Of a stretch of DNA of 64,000 nt, positions 10,740 through 21,690 are shown piece by piece; position 1 is the first letter of the stretch, and the number at the start of each line of letters is the position of its first letter. The notes beneath the pieces are model-generated. The model worked only from the letters and a program-made list of their open reading frames with translations, searched no databases and was not told where the DNA came from. The position numbers were made by a program, and so were the translations under genes. Source of the DNA: a virus; the IMG/VR virus record IMGVR_UViG_3300032285_004008; one strand, given 5' to 3'.

Positions 10740-13700
10740 TGGCAATTAAGATTCAGATTAGACGCGGTACAGCCGCTAACTGGACCTCGACCAATCCTAC
10801 TCTTTCAGTCGGAGAACTAGCTCTAGAGACGGATACCGGTAAACTAAAGGTAGGTACCGGCACAACAGCATGGGTAGACCTAGCTTATGCAGGAATGACT
10901 CCCACTGAGGTGGCAACTGCTATTACAACAGCTGTTTCCAATGTCATTGATATGGCACCAGGTGCTCTAGATACTCTAAATGAGCTAGCTGCAGCAATCA
11001 ATGATGATCCAGCATTCTTTAGTAGCATTGCAACAAACATTTCAGGTGCTATTACAACAGCTAACACCTATACCGATACTTCTATCAATGCACTTACCAC
11101 TTCAGACATTGAAGAAGGTACTAACAAATACTTTACAGACGAGCGTGCTCAAGATGCTGTCGCTGCAGCAATAGCCGCTGGAACCCATGCAAACATCACT
11201 ATTACTTACGATGATGTACACAACAAGATTAGTTTTGCCGCCGAGAATGGTGTTGCTGACTCAACTACAGATGACTTAGCTGAAGGTACTAACCACAAAT
11301 ACTTCACCAACCAGCGTGCATTGGATGCGACTGCTAGTGCTATCTCTACTGCTGCAAGCGGAGCAGTAACCTCTGCAAATGGGTATACCGATACAGCTGT
11401 ATCTAACTTAGTAGATGCTGCCCCTGGACTACTCAATACCCTAAATGAGCTAGCTGCGGCCATCAACGATGATGCCAACTTCTCTACTACAGTTGCTACT
11501 AGCATCGGTACTGCTAAGACTGATGCTATTGACCACGCTGATAGCATTATGGCCACCCACGAGGGTCTTACTACAAATGTTCACGGTATCTCAGATACTC
11601 GTAACTTAGTCTATGAAACCCAGTTGATCACTAATATCAACACTCACTCAAACAAAACTACCAATGTGCACGGCATTGCGGATACCAATGCAATTGCTCT
11701 GAAAAATAACCCAACATTTACCGGTAGCGTATCTCTTCCAGTGGATACAACAATTGCCACATATGGTGGAGTTCACACTGTAGGGCCGAATCAGTTCACT
11801 ACTCTTAGCGAAATTACTGCTTCTGCAGCAGAAATTAACACCCTAGATGGTATTACAGCTAGTACGGCTGAGCTCAATACTCTAGACGGCATCACTGCAA
11901 GCACATCTGAATTAAATACTCTAGACGGCATCACTGCAACTACTACAGAGTTAAACACTCTACATGGCCTTACAGCTAGCACAGCCGAGTTAAATACTCT
12001 AGATGGCATTACTGCTAGCACTACCGAGCTAAATATTCTAGATGGAATCCTAGCAACCACAGCAGAGCTAAATACTTTAAATGGCATCACTGCAAGTACA
12101 TCTGAATTAAATACACTAGATGGAATAGTTGCTACTACCGTAGAGCTAAACTATCTTTCTGGTGTTACAGGGGCTATTCAAACTCAAATTAGCAGCAAAG
12201 CTCCTATAGATAGTCCTACATTTACTGGCACTGTCTCAGGTATAACCAAGGCAATGGTTGGCCTAGGAAACGTCAATAATACTTCAGATGCAAATAAGCC
12301 AGTATCTATTGCAGCTCAAACCGCTTTAGATCTTAAGGCTAACCTTTCTGGTGGAGCTACCTTCACAGGAACCATCAGCCTTCCTCAAACTACCTCTATT
12401 GGTAACGTATCCGCCACCGAGCTCAACTATCTAGATGGTGTTACATCTGCAGTTCAGACCCAGTTGGATTCAAAAGCACCGCTATCTGGTCCAACATTTA
12501 CTGGAACTGTAGTTCTTCCAAGTACTACTTCAATTGGTAACGTATCTGCAACTGAAATAGGATACGTAGATGGAGTTACCTCTTCAATTCAGACCCAGTT
12601 GGATGCCAAGGCTCCTACTGCAGATCCTACATTTACTGGAACAGTATCCGGTATCACAAAGTCGATGGTTGGCCTAGGCAATGTAAATAATACCTCGGAT
12701 GTAAATAAACCAGTAAGCACTGCTACTCAGACTGCTCTAGATCTTAAACAAGATAAGGTAACTGGCGTATCTGATACCGAAATCGGATACCTAGATGGCG
12801 TTACTAGTTCGATCCAGACTCAGCTTGATTCAAAGCTAGCTTCATCTACTGCAGCTTCTACTTATGCACCATTAGCAGCACCTACCTTTACTGGAACCGT
12901 TGTCCTGCCATCAACTACTTCTATTGGAAGTGTCTCAGCCATCGAGATTGGTTATGTGGATGGTGTAACTTCGGCTATCCAGACTCAGCTTGATTCAAAG
13001 CTAGCTTCATCTACTGCAGCTTCTACTTATGCTCCGATTGATAGCCCTACGTTTACAGGTACGGTTTCTGGCATTACTAAGTCTATGGTTGGTTTGGGCA
13101 ACGTTACCAATACTTCTGATGCCAATAAGCCAGTATCAACTGCTCAGCAGACTGCTCTAGATGCAAAACTTTCCCTAAGCGGCGGCACCATGACAGGAGC
13201 CTTGACGCTTTCAGGTGCTCCAACTTCTGATCTACATGCAGCTACAAAGCTATATGTGGATGGAGTTGCCTCGGGCATTAACTTCCACGCTCCAGTAGTT
13301 GCAGCTACAGCCGGAAATCTTGCTGGAACATATGACAACGGTACAAATGGGTATGGTGCAACTCTAACAAAAGCATCTAATGGATCAATTGGAACTATTG
13401 ATGGTGCATCAGTAGTAGTTGGTTCACGTATCTTACTCCGTGCACAGACCGATGCAAAACAAAATGGTATTTATACCATTACTGCTGTAGGTAGTGGATC
13501 AGCTCCTTGGCAGATAACTCGTGCTGCAGATGCTGACAATAACCCATCTGGTGAACTTGCCGGTGGAGATTTCTGCTTCGTTACAGGTGGTAGCACCTAT
13601 GCAAACACTGGATTTATCTTATCTAACTCTGGCTCAGTTGCAATTGGAACTGACAATGTTACATATGTGCAGTTCAATGCTGCTCAAGCAATTGTTACCG

Positions 13701-14461
13701 GGTATGGTCTAACTAAAACTGGTGGAACAATTGCTGCAGATAACACTGTACTTGCTCCACTTGATGCTCCAACCTTCACGGGAACAGTGGTACTGCCAAG
13801 TACAACATCTATAGGTAGCGTAAGTGCCACGGAGATTGGGTATGTAGATGGCGTTACTAGTTCGATCCAAACTCAGCTAGATGCTAAAGCACCAAGCTCT
13901 TCTCCTACCTTTACCGGAACTGTGACTACCCCGCTATCTACAGCTGGATATGTTAAGACTAATTCAAGTGGTGTTCTGAGCTCATCTGCGGCCATTTCAC
14001 CATCAGATATTACTGGAACTGCAGTTATTACAACAGACTCTCGTCTATCTGATTCTCGTACACCTACCGGTTCTGCTGGTGGAGACCTTACTGGAACATA
14101 CCCAAACCCGACCTTAGCAACTACAACAGTCACCGCTGGTTCATACACAAGTGCAAACATCACAGTTGACTCTAAGGGTCGCATTACTGCTGCATCTAAG
14201 GGAGCAGCTGTAACTTCAGCCTCTTCTGCACCATCATCACCTACTGCAGGAGATGTTTGGTTTAATACAAATGATGGAAACCTATATGTCTACTACGGCA
14301 CCACATGGGTTCTATCTAATGGAGTTACAAACCCTAATGGTTCTGGAGTTCCAGCAGGCGGAACTACCGGTCAAGTCTTAGTTAAAAAATCAGGCACTGA
14401 TAACGATACTCAATGGGTCACACAGAGCGTTGATATAATGGTTATCATGGGTGCCTACTAA
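10739..14461 (+). CDS. long repetitive fibre protein with Mtd-N/hyaluronidase-like N-terminus, 1240 aa
   Basis: [31 protein letters not shown]-terminus; [14 protein letters not shown] twice; tandem repeats. Confidence 0.75.
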   Translation: MAIKIQIRRGTAANWTSTNPTLSVGELALETDTGKLKVGTGTTAWVDLAYAGMTPTEVATAITTAVSNVIDMAPGALDTLNELAAAINDDPAFFSSIATNISGAITTANTYTDTSINALTTSDIEEGTNKYFTDERAQDAVAAAIAAGTHANITITYDDVHNKISFAAENGVADSTTDDLAEGTNHKYFTNQRALDATASAISTAASGAVTSANGYTDTAVSNLVDAAPGLLNTLNELAAAINDDANFSTTVATSIGTAKTDAIDHADSIMATHEGLTTNVHGISDTRNLVYETQLITNINTHSNKTTNVHGIADTNAIALKNNPTFTGSVSLPVDTTIATYGGVHTVGPNQFTTLSEITASAAEINTLDGITASTAELNTLDGITASTSELNTLDGITATTTELNTLHGLTASTAELNTLDGITASTTELNILDGILATTAELNTLNGITASTSELNTLDGIVATTVELNYLSGVTGAIQTQISSKAPIDSPTFTGTVSGITKAMVGLGNVNNTSDANKPVSIAAQTALDLKANLSGGATFTGTISLPQTTSIGNVSATELNYLDGVTSAVQTQLDSKAPLSGPTFTGTVVLPSTTSIGNVSATEIGYVDGVTSSIQTQLDAKAPTADPTFTGTVSGITKSMVGLGNVNNTSDVNKPVSTATQTALDLKQDKVTGVSDTEIGYLDGVTSSIQTQLDSKLASSTAASTYAPLAAPTFTGTVVLPSTTSIGSVSAIEIGYVDGVTSAIQTQLDSKLASSTAASTYAPIDSPTFTGTVSGITKSMVGLGNVTNTSDANKPVSTAQQTALDAKLSLSGGTMTGALTLSGAPTSDLHAATKLYVDGVASGINFHAPVVAATAGNLAGTYDNGTNGYGATLTKASNGSIGTIDGASVVVGSRILLRAQTDAKQNGIYTITAVGSGSAPWQITRAADADNNPSGELAGGDFCFVTGGSTYANTGFILSNSGSVAIGTDNVTYVQFNAAQAIVTGYGLTKTGGTIAADNTVLAPLDAPTFTGTVVLPSTTSIGSVSATEIGYVDGVTSSIQTQLDAKAPSSSPTFTGTVTTPLSTAGYVKTNSSGVLSSSAAISPSDITGTAVITTDSRLSDSRTPTGSAGGDLTGTYPNPTLATTTVTAGSYTSANITVDSKGRITAASKGAAVTSASSAPSSPTAGDVWFNTNDGNLYVYYGTTWVLSNGVTNPNGSGVPAGGTTGQVLVKKSGTDNDTQWVTQSVDIMVIMGAY
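11813..12163 (+). repeat. nine tandem 39-nt (13-aa) repeats, ITASTxELNTLDG
   Basis: counted directly in the translation. Confidence 0.9.
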
Positions 14462-14495
14462 TAAACCCACCATATTAATAAGGAAGTAGTAACTA

Positions 14496-14810
14496 ATGGC
14501 TACGTTAACAAAGGCTCTAGCAAGAGCTTCATTTGCAACATCAGTTGGAGACCTATACACAGTCCCAACTACCGGAACCACGACCATCGTAACTAACATT
14601 GTAATTACTAATACAACTAGTTCTGCAGGTACTTTTACTATTCTGCTAGATGGTGTTGAGCTCTTTGCAACTAGCCCAATTGCTGGAAATGCTACCGTTT
14701 CTATGGACCTAAAGCAGGTTTTGGATGCCAATGCTACTCCAAAGAAGATTAGAGGATTTGCCTCTGCAACTACTATCAAAGTACACATCAGTGGAGTGGA
14801 GCTATCCTAA
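14496..14810 (+). CDS. small virion-associated beta-rich protein
   Basis: LYTVP...IVTNIVITN...HISGVE pattern; AAGGA RBS. Confidence 0.6.
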   Translation: MATLTKALARASFATSVGDLYTVPTTGTTTIVTNIVITNTTSSAGTFTILLDGVELFATSPIAGNATVSMDLKQVLDANATPKKIRGFASATTIKVHISGVELS

Positions 14811-17800
14811 TGTCATCTAATATCTATCCAAATCCTAATTCAGTCTTTACTCCTACAGAGGTTTTAAACGACCCTGTAAATAAGCTACGTACCTCAAGCC
14901 CACAGGCTCTTATTGATACTGACTTCGAGTATGGTACTCAGATTTCAAAGTGGGAAAACCTAGCTGCAACAAATAACCGTCCATTTGCAGCACCATCGGC
15001 CACCACATTGAGTAATATTTCTTCGATGACTATGTCTTCAAATGCTCGTGTAGTTACTGTTTCTCTCTCAACCACTTCGTCTACACCAAACTCTGTAGCC
15101 TCTGCCACTCCTGTTACTGGTTTTGCCACGTACACTACTGCTGCTAGCCACGGATTCTTCCCTGGTCAATACGTAACAATTGCCGGTTCCTCTGTATCTG
15201 GCTATAACGGAACATTTTTAATTACATCAACCCCTACTGCAACCACATTTGTTGTAGCCAACTCAACTACGGGAACTCCATCATGGTCAGGTGCATCTGC
15301 ACTTGCTGGTGTTGCTCCAGCAGTTGGCTCGGCAATCACGGTACAGGATACATACCTAAATATTGCAAATGGTAACTTCTTGATTGAGACCGGTGGTGGA
15401 ACTGGTACTTTTACCTACTTAGGTCGTGCTCAGAATACCCTGGGTGTTACTTCAATTTTTGACCCAAACAAGACATCTATTGCTGTAGCAACTATTTATA
15501 CAAATGCTCAGATTGGTGGAGCACCTACAGTAACAGTTTCAGGTACTGATCTAAAAGTCACAGTAACAACAACTGTACCTCACGGATTATCAGTAGGCAA
15601 TGAAATAGGTGTTACCGGTATTACCGGAACTAACCCACCAAATGGTTCGTATCAGGTAGCTACAGTTGCCTCTCCTACTACTTTTGTATATTATGCAGAT
15701 CCTACAGAAGGAACCCCTTCTAGCTTGACTGCATCATCTGCAGCTATATATGTTCGTCCACAAGCTCAGTTCCTACACCGTCCATTTGATGGTGGAGTTC
15801 TTTTCTCTGCTAACGGTTCTTCCAACTATGAAACTGCAATTCGCCAGACTCGTCGTTACTTCCGTTACCAGTCTGGTAAGGGTATCCAGATGTCTTCTGG
15901 AACTATCTTTAAGCCATATGGAAATATTGACAGCATTACCTCTAGCGGTGGAGTTGCAACTGTAACCACTAAGGAGCAGCACAATATTCAGCCTGGAACA
16001 ACTATCGTTATTTCTGGAGCAAATGAGTCAGCATATAACGGTTCATTTACTGTTAGCAGTATTACCGGTTATAACTCCTTCACATATGCAATTACCGGAA
16101 GCCCTGCTAGCCCAGCAACTGGAATTGTAAACGTAAACGTAAATACTTGGTACGGAGCAGCTAACCGTCTAGGAATTTTTGACAGCCAGAATGGACTTTT
16201 CTGGGAATTTGATGGTCAGAACCTATATGCAGTTAAGCGTTCTTCTACTCAGCAGCTTTCTGGCCGAGTAGACGTTACCAATGGATCAAATGTTGTCTCT
16301 AGAACTACATCCGCATTCCCTACTGCATTCTCTAGCCAGCTAAACCCTGGCGACTATGTAGTTATTCGCGGGCAGTCTTACCGAGTATTGGCAATTGATG
16401 ACATATCATCTACACCAAACTTCACTATCTCTCCTTCATACCGTGGAGCTTCTACTTCACACGTAACTGTGTCTAAAACAATCGAGACTCGTATCCCTCA
16501 GTCGCAGTTTAATCTAGATAAACTAGATGGAACCGGCCCTTCTGGGTACACCATCGATCTAACCAAGATGCAGATGTTCTATGTGGACTACTCTTGGTAT
16601 GGTGCTGGTTTTATCCGCTGGGGTGTACGTGCCACAAATGGTGACGTTATTTATGCACACAAGATGCAAAACAATAACGTCAACAATGAAGCATACATGC
16701 GTTCAGGAAACCTTCCAGGTCGCTACGAGTCGCAGACTCTACCACCGACTACTAAGGTGACTGCAAATATTGGTGCATCTGATACAACACTTACTGTTTC
16801 AGATACCTCATCTTTCCCTACTACTGGAACTCTTCTTATCCGTCCAAGTACAGCAACTAACCAAGCATCGTTGACATATGAATATGTAAACTACACTGGT
16901 AAAACTGCAACTACTTTCACTGGTTTGACTCGTTCTCAGGCTGGCGCAGCTGGAGTAACTACTACCTGGACAGCAGGCTCTAACTCAGGTACCGTATCCA
17001 GTGCAACAGGTATCCAGATCGGTCAACGAGTAGTATCTAGCACTAGCCCTAACCCAGTGCCAGACGGTACTTTTGTTACTGGAATTAGCGGAACAACTGT
17101 TACACTCAACTCTGCTCTAACGGCTAATAACCCGACTTTGATTTTTGCTCCGCTAGGTGCAACTTCTGGTACTGCTTATACATACTCAGCAGCATCTCCA
17201 ATTTCAGTTGAGCTAGCAGCGCCTACATTCTCACCATCGGTATCTCACTGGGGTACCTCGGTTATTATGGATGGTCGATTCGATGACGACAAGTCTCTTA
17301 TCTTCACATACGGTCAGACTAACTTTGCAACTATTGCTTCTGGTGCTAGCAAGGCTCTTATGTCAATCCGAGTAGCTCCGTCTGTGGATAACGGTATTGG
17401 AGCTGCTTTTGGAGCTCGCGACTTGATTAACCGCATGCAGCTAAAGATGAGCGCCTTGGATATCACTACTAAGACGACAGGTGCAAACCTTTTGATTCGT
17501 GCATATCTAAATGGTGTACCTTCATCGGCAACCGCATGGACAAACGCTGTGGGCAATATCCCAGGCGTTGTTAACTCGTCTCTAGCTCAGATTGCTGACC
17601 ATGGTACCGGTGTGACAACAGTTTATGGTGGAGAAGTTACCGGTGGATTCTTTGTATCTACAACTGGTTCGATTGATCTAGGATCTCTACGAGACCTAGG
17701 TAACTCTATCCTAGGTGGTGGCTCCACAGTAGCAAACACCGGAATCTACCCAGATGGACCTGATACACTTACATTTGTAGTTACAAATGTTGGTACAACA

Positions 17801-17848
17801 TCTGCAGATGTACTTGGACGCATCTCTTGGACTGAAGCGCAGGCATAA
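14810..17848 (+). CDS. large virion structural protein with repeated small beta domains, 1012 aa
   Basis: Ser/Thr-rich; three HG/HNxxxGxxVxIxG modules; ALIDTDFEYG N-terminus. Confidence 0.65.
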   Translation: MSSNIYPNPNSVFTPTEVLNDPVNKLRTSSPQALIDTDFEYGTQISKWENLAATNNRPFAAPSATTLSNISSMTMSSNARVVTVSLSTTSSTPNSVASATPVTGFATYTTAASHGFFPGQYVTIAGSSVSGYNGTFLITSTPTATTFVVANSTTGTPSWSGASALAGVAPAVGSAITVQDTYLNIANGNFLIETGGGTGTFTYLGRAQNTLGVTSIFDPNKTSIAVATIYTNAQIGGAPTVTVSGTDLKVTVTTTVPHGLSVGNEIGVTGITGTNPPNGSYQVATVASPTTFVYYADPTEGTPSSLTASSAAIYVRPQAQFLHRPFDGGVLFSANGSSNYETAIRQTRRYFRYQSGKGIQMSSGTIFKPYGNIDSITSSGGVATVTTKEQHNIQPGTTIVISGANESAYNGSFTVSSITGYNSFTYAITGSPASPATGIVNVNVNTWYGAANRLGIFDSQNGLFWEFDGQNLYAVKRSSTQQLSGRVDVTNGSNVVSRTTSAFPTAFSSQLNPGDYVVIRGQSYRVLAIDDISSTPNFTISPSYRGASTSHVTVSKTIETRIPQSQFNLDKLDGTGPSGYTIDLTKMQMFYVDYSWYGAGFIRWGVRATNGDVIYAHKMQNNNVNNEAYMRSGNLPGRYESQTLPPTTKVTANIGASDTTLTVSDTSSFPTTGTLLIRPSTATNQASLTYEYVNYTGKTATTFTGLTRSQAGAAGVTTTWTAGSNSGTVSSATGIQIGQRVVSSTSPNPVPDGTFVTGISGTTVTLNSALTANNPTLIFAPLGATSGTAYTYSAASPISVELAAPTFSPSVSHWGTSVIMDGRFDDDKSLIFTYGQTNFATIASGASKALMSIRVAPSVDNGIGAAFGARDLINRMQLKMSALDITTKTTGANLLIRAYLNGVPSSATAWTNAVGNIPGVVNSSLAQIADHGTGVTTVYGGEVTGGFFVSTTGSIDLGSLRDLGNSILGGGSTVANTGIYPDGPDTLTFVVTNVGTTSADVLGRISWTEAQA

Positions 17849-17850
17849 AA

Positions 17851-18711
17851 ATGGCACTTACTTTCCCTTCTAGCCCTACTAATGGCCAGATTTATACATA
17901 TAGCGGTAAATCTTATACATGGAACGGCACAGCGTGGACCCCGAATGCTCCAACATTTACAGCTAGCCGTGCCTTAGCAACCGATAGTAACGGGTCTATT
18001 GCTGCGTCTAGTGTAACTACTACAGAACTAGGGTATGTTTCAGGAGTCACATCAGCAGTTCAGACTCAGTTAGATGGAAAAGCTGCTATTGATTCGCAGA
18101 CCTTGACTGGAACTCCAAAGGCTCCAACCGCTTCAGCTGACACAAACACCACTCAGCTAGCTACCACAGCTTTTGTTGTTGGTCAGGCTTCTTCATCAAC
18201 TCCTGCTAATAATGGAACAGCCGCGGTAGGTACATCTCTTAAGTATGCCCGTGCTGATCACGTTCACGCCTCCGACACAACCAAAGCATCTCTATCAGGT
18301 GCATCATTTACAGGCAGTGTTGGTGTTGCTTCAGCCGGATTAGTATTCTCTGATTCGACCACCCAGGTGACTGCTGGTGTTCCATCTTTGACTACAATTA
18401 AGTCAACACTCTCGTCTAACACCTCAACATCTGCTCTAAGCTCAGCGCTAACCTATAGAGATGCATTAGTACCTCTATCTGGTGCTGTAAACCTTACAAT
18501 AGATGCAGACGGAACCAACTCAATCACTTTTCCTATCGGAACTTCAATTGACTTTTATCAGAGCTCAGGGACAGGCGCCGTGTTTGTCCAGGGATCGGGA
18601 GTGACTTTGCAGTATACGCCGGGTCTAAAGTTCAGGGCAACATACTCATCTGCTACTATTACTAAGGTAGCTACTAACACTTGGCTGGTTTACGGCGACC
18701 TCTCAGCCTAA
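17851..18711 (+). CDS. short fibre protein
   Basis: MALTFPSSP..GQ.Y..W.G.AW N-terminus; GTPKAPTA..TQLATTAFV and YARADHVH fibre motifs. Confidence 0.7.
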   Translation: MALTFPSSPTNGQIYTYSGKSYTWNGTAWTPNAPTFTASRALATDSNGSIAASSVTTTELGYVSGVTSAVQTQLDGKAAIDSQTLTGTPKAPTASADTNTTQLATTAFVVGQASSSTPANNGTAAVGTSLKYARADHVHASDTTKASLSGASFTGSVGVASAGLVFSDSTTQVTAGVPSLTTIKSTLSSNTSTSALSSALTYRDALVPLSGAVNLTIDADGTNSITFPIGTSIDFYQSSGTGAVFVQGSGVTLQYTPGLKFRATYSSATITKVATNTWLVYGDLSA

Positions 18712-18736
18712 AAATTTTAAGGTAGAATGACATACT

Positions 18737-20083
18737 ATGAGCAAAAGAACCGGTAAGCACTCCGCACAGCAGAATGACTTTTTGCAGCCAGCTGCAGTAA
18801 CTATCACCACTGCAACTAACGTTGGTACTAACCGACCATACCTGTTTTCTGCTACTGGAAATGCTGGCACTGGTGGTGCAGTAAACCTAGTATGGACTCT
18901 ACCTAATGGCTCAGCTCCAGCTATAAGCTACGATATTACAACTACCCCTACAACTGTAACCAAAAACACAACTACACTTCCAACTTCTGGATCTCCATTC
19001 GTATTTGAAGGTCTTGCCTCTGGTACAGACTATACATTCACGGTAGTAGCTAAGAACAATGCTGGAAACTCAAATCCAACAACTTCTCAAACAGTCTCTG
19101 TAAGTACTGTACCTCCTGCCCCAAATACTCCGTCAGTTCGTCAGGTCAGTAATGACCAAAATGACTACCTAACAATTACAATCTCTGCAACTGGTGGTTC
19201 TGCAATTACCAACTTCCACTGGGAAAGTACTGACTCTAAGTCTGGTGACCGAGGAACTAGTACCGCAGAATTTGCTGTAGCTCAGGAAGCTAATACTGCC
19301 CAACAGTATCGTGCTTATGCCACAAACGCCAATGGAAATTCAGACTGGTCTGGTTATTCTGGGTCTGTAACAACTCCTCCTTACTTCCCCCCTTACTTCC
19401 CGTTCTTCCCTTACTTCCCGCCATTCTTCCCGTACTTCCCTCCTTATTTCCCATACTTCCCATATTTCCCTCCTTATTTCCCATACTTCCCACCGTTCTT
19501 CCCTTATTTCCCTTATTTCCCACCGTTCTTCCCTTACTTCCCACCGTTCTTCCCTTATTTCCCACCGTTCTTCCCGTTCTTCCCGTTCTTCCCTCCTCGC
19601 TTCTGCATCGAGGAAAGTACTTTGGTTGATACTCCTTCGGGATCAGTAGCGGCTAAGGATCTTAAGGTAGGAGATACCTTGGTATCAGTAGCTCTAGAAG
19701 AGCTTTCAACAGAGCCTCGATCTGAAGAAAACTTTATTATTGGCCCTACACTAACCCTCGGCGGTGGAGAGCCAGTAGAGACTACTATCGTTGACATTAT
19801 CGAGAGTACTAAGGCAGAAATCGTATACTTCAATGAAGATACAACTGCTAAGTACTCAAATGAGCAGTCAATGTTTGCCCTAGTTGATGGTCAGTTCCAG
19901 ACTATAAATGCTGGACTACTGAAGCCTGGAGACTACTTGGTCAAGGTGCTGCCGGATGGTACTTATGTAACAGAAGAGATCTCATCTATCACCGAGATTT
20001 ACGAACCTACAACCGTATATCAGTACATCTGTGAACCATATAACTGGTTTATTGCAGGTGGATATCTAGTACACCAGAACTAA
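18737..20083 (+). CDS. FN3-domain protein with a P(P)[YF]F repeat tract and C-terminal Hint domain
   Basis: FN3-like GLASGTDYTFTVVAKN and YRAYATNANG; 76-aa Pro/Tyr/Phe tract; then CIEESTLV...DLKVGD...VY...WFIAGGYLVHQN. Confidence 0.8.
   Translation: MSKRTGKHSAQQNDFLQPAAVTITTATNVGTNRPYLFSATGNAGTGGAVNLVWTLPNGSAPAISYDITTTPTTVTKNTTTLPTSGSPFVFEGLASGTDYTFTVVAKNNAGNSNPTTSQTVSVSTVPPAPNTPSVRQVSNDQNDYLTITISATGGSAITNFHWESTDSKSGDRGTSTAEFAVAQEANTAQQYRAYATNANGNSDWSGYSGSVTTPPYFPPYFPFFPYFPPFFPYFPPYFPYFPYFPPYFPYFPPFFPYFPYFPPFFPYFPPFFPYFPPFFPFFPFFPPRFCIEESTLVDTPSGSVAAKDLKVGDTLVSVALEELSTEPRSEENFIIGPTLTLGGGEPVETTIVDIIESTKAEIVYFNEDTTAKYSNEQSMFALVDGQFQTINAGLLKPGDYLVKVLPDGTYVTEEISSITEIYEPTTVYQYICEPYNWFIAGGYLVHQN
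19376..19603 (+). repeat. coding repeat tract of 22 P(P)[YF]F units (last one PPRF), 76 aa
   Basis: counted directly; 9-nt and 12-nt pyrimidine-rich units. Confidence 0.95.
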
Positions 20084-20089
20084 ATTAAG

Positions 20090-20122
20090 AAAAAATAAGG
20101 CCCCCACGGGCCTTATTTTTTT
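20090..20122 (+). terminator. intrinsic (bidirectional-type) terminator closing fibre operon 1
   Basis: AAAAAATAAGGCCC-CCAC-GGGCCTTATTTTTT perfect hairpin. Confidence 0.9.
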
Positions 20123-20150
20123 GCCAAAATCAGGATAATAGTGCTAGACT
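20121..20150 (+). promoter_or_regulatory. sigma70/SigA-type promoter for the oxygenase array
   Basis: TTGCCA-N18-TAGACT with extended TG, 24 nt before the ATG, which has an AGGAG RBS. Confidence 0.55.
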
Positions 20151-20174
20151 GGTGCCAATAGTTCAGGAGAATAT

Positions 20175-20927
20175 ATGACATACGATCCAAGTCAAAATAA
20201 CTGGTTTACTAAAGACAGATCAGAAACTACTAGTAATAGGTCTGCAAATCGCCAGTTAGGTCCAATTACCGTATCTAATCCAGCACTGGGGATTAATGTT
20301 TATAGTGGTGCAATTTCTAGAGAACAAGGTCTTAAGTACATAGAGACTCTAGAATCTCATTTGAATGGGCAAACAAAATATGAGTGGCAGGGGGCTCGCG
20401 TGACCTCCTCAGACGAAGTTGCCTTATATGCCAGAAACGCTTTAGATTTTAAAATTAGCTCTAATAATCTAGGAGCTAGAACACAAGAAAACTCAGAGCT
20501 ATATGACATGCATGAAAGAGTTTTTCAGGCTATTCGCCAATGTGTCGATGATTACGGTCGCCTATGGGGGGTAGGGATCGCATCCTATGAGTCCTTTAAT
20601 TTTGTAAAATATGATGGCCCTGGCACTCACTTTAAGATTCATGCCGATCATGGACCAACCTATGTATGCACAATATCTGTCGTAGTTTATTTGAATGACG
20701 ATTATGAGGGTGGAGAGATTTATTTCCCAAGATTTGATGGTCTAACTATTAAGCCAAAAGCTGGAGACATCGTTGTGTTCCCATCTACTTTTATCTATGA
20801 GCACGCATCTCAAGATATGGTTAGCGGAATTAAGTATGCAGTAGTTGTAATGACTGACTACAACGATCGCGATGGGGTAAACCACCGAGTATCTCCAACT
20901 ATTCAAAACTATGAACTGAAGTACTAG
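20175..20927 (+). CDS. 2OG-Fe(II) oxygenase, prolyl-4-hydroxylase-like (1)
   Basis: HAD...YLNDDYEGGEIYF...H...KY. Confidence 0.9.
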   Translation: MTYDPSQNNWFTKDRSETTSNRSANRQLGPITVSNPALGINVYSGAISREQGLKYIETLESHLNGQTKYEWQGARVTSSDEVALYARNALDFKISSNNLGARTQENSELYDMHERVFQAIRQCVDDYGRLWGVGIASYESFNFVKYDGPGTHFKIHADHGPTYVCTISVVVYLNDDYEGGEIYFPRFDGLTIKPKAGDIVVFPSTFIYEHASQDMVSGIKYAVVVMTDYNDRDGVNHRVSPTIQNYELKY

Positions 20928-20940
20928 TAGAAGGAAGCAA

Positions 20941-21690
20941 ATGGAAACTGGACACATTAGCGCCCCCGATGAGCAGATGAAAAAAGACATGGAAGAGCAC
21001 AATACTCGTCTCAAGTCTTGGTATAACATCGGGAATCAAACTTGGAGTTCGGCAGAAGAAGTAGCTCCTGGAACAGGAATTTGGGTATACCATGACGTAC
21101 TTCCACCAACCTTAAACATTATTGATCGTCTAGAAGCAGTTCTCAGCGATCCATCTAATGACTACAATTTTGCAGATGCTATGGTTGGCTACGGGGTGAA
21201 GATGCCAGAATACCGAGACTGCTTTGATTTCAAATATAAAAAGAGTGATATTGCTCAGGATACAACCCCATCTGGGCTAGCATTGCATCAGCTAGCGGAT
21301 GATGTCTATTCCAGAGAACTAGAGGCTGTAAAGCACTACACTAAGCACTACAATATCGGTGAACTCCGATACTGGGAAGCAACTAACTATATTAAATATG
21401 GCCCTGGTCAGCACTTCCAAGAGCACCATGATCATGGATTTTCATATAACTGTGTTGTGTCTCTAGTAGCATTCCCTAACGATGATTACGAAGGGGGGGA
21501 GCTATATTTCCGTCTCCACAATGTAACCATTAAACCTAAGGCGGGAGATCTATACATCTTCCCATCTAACTTTATGTACCCACATCGAGCGATGCCAGTT
21601 AAATCAGGGACCAAGTACTCTATGGTTACAATGCTTGACTATAGCGATAAGTTTCACAATCCTAAATTTTATGAAGAAACTGGAAGCTAA
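20941..21690 (+). CDS. 2OG-Fe(II) oxygenase (2)
   Basis: HHD...NDDYEGGELYF...H...KY. Confidence 0.9.
   Translation: METGHISAPDEQMKKDMEEHNTRLKSWYNIGNQTWSSAEEVAPGTGIWVYHDVLPPTLNIIDRLEAVLSDPSNDYNFADAMVGYGVKMPEYRDCFDFKYKKSDIAQDTTPSGLALHQLADDVYSRELEAVKHYTKHYNIGELRYWEATNYIKYGPGQHFQEHHDHGFSYNCVVSLVAFPNDDYEGGELYFRLHNVTIKPKAGDLYIFPSNFMYPHRAMPVKSGTKYSMVTMLDYSDKFHNPKFYEETGS

Noticed and set aside
10739-14461. Diversity-generating retroelement suggested by the Mtd-like N-terminus
   Set aside because: No reverse transcriptase and no template/variable repeat pair with adenine-specific mismatches seen; the N-terminal module is common in fibres.
19290-19565. Antisense ORF with GNKGRTV-like repeats, and similar antisense or alternate-frame ORFs over the fibre and collagen genes (e.g. 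28059..28514, 28884..29198)
   Set aside because: Shadows of repetitive, stop-poor coding sequence on the other strand, with no RBS or operon context.
19376-19603. RiPP precursor yielding PPFF-type cyclic peptides
   Set aside because: Units lack spacer or recognition sequences, and no protease or cyclase is present; the tract is embedded in FN3- and Ig-bearing structural proteins.
19604-20083. Mobile intein
   Set aside because: No homing endonuclease, no C-extein and no +1 Cys/Ser/Thr; better treated as a terminal autoprocessing Hint domain.
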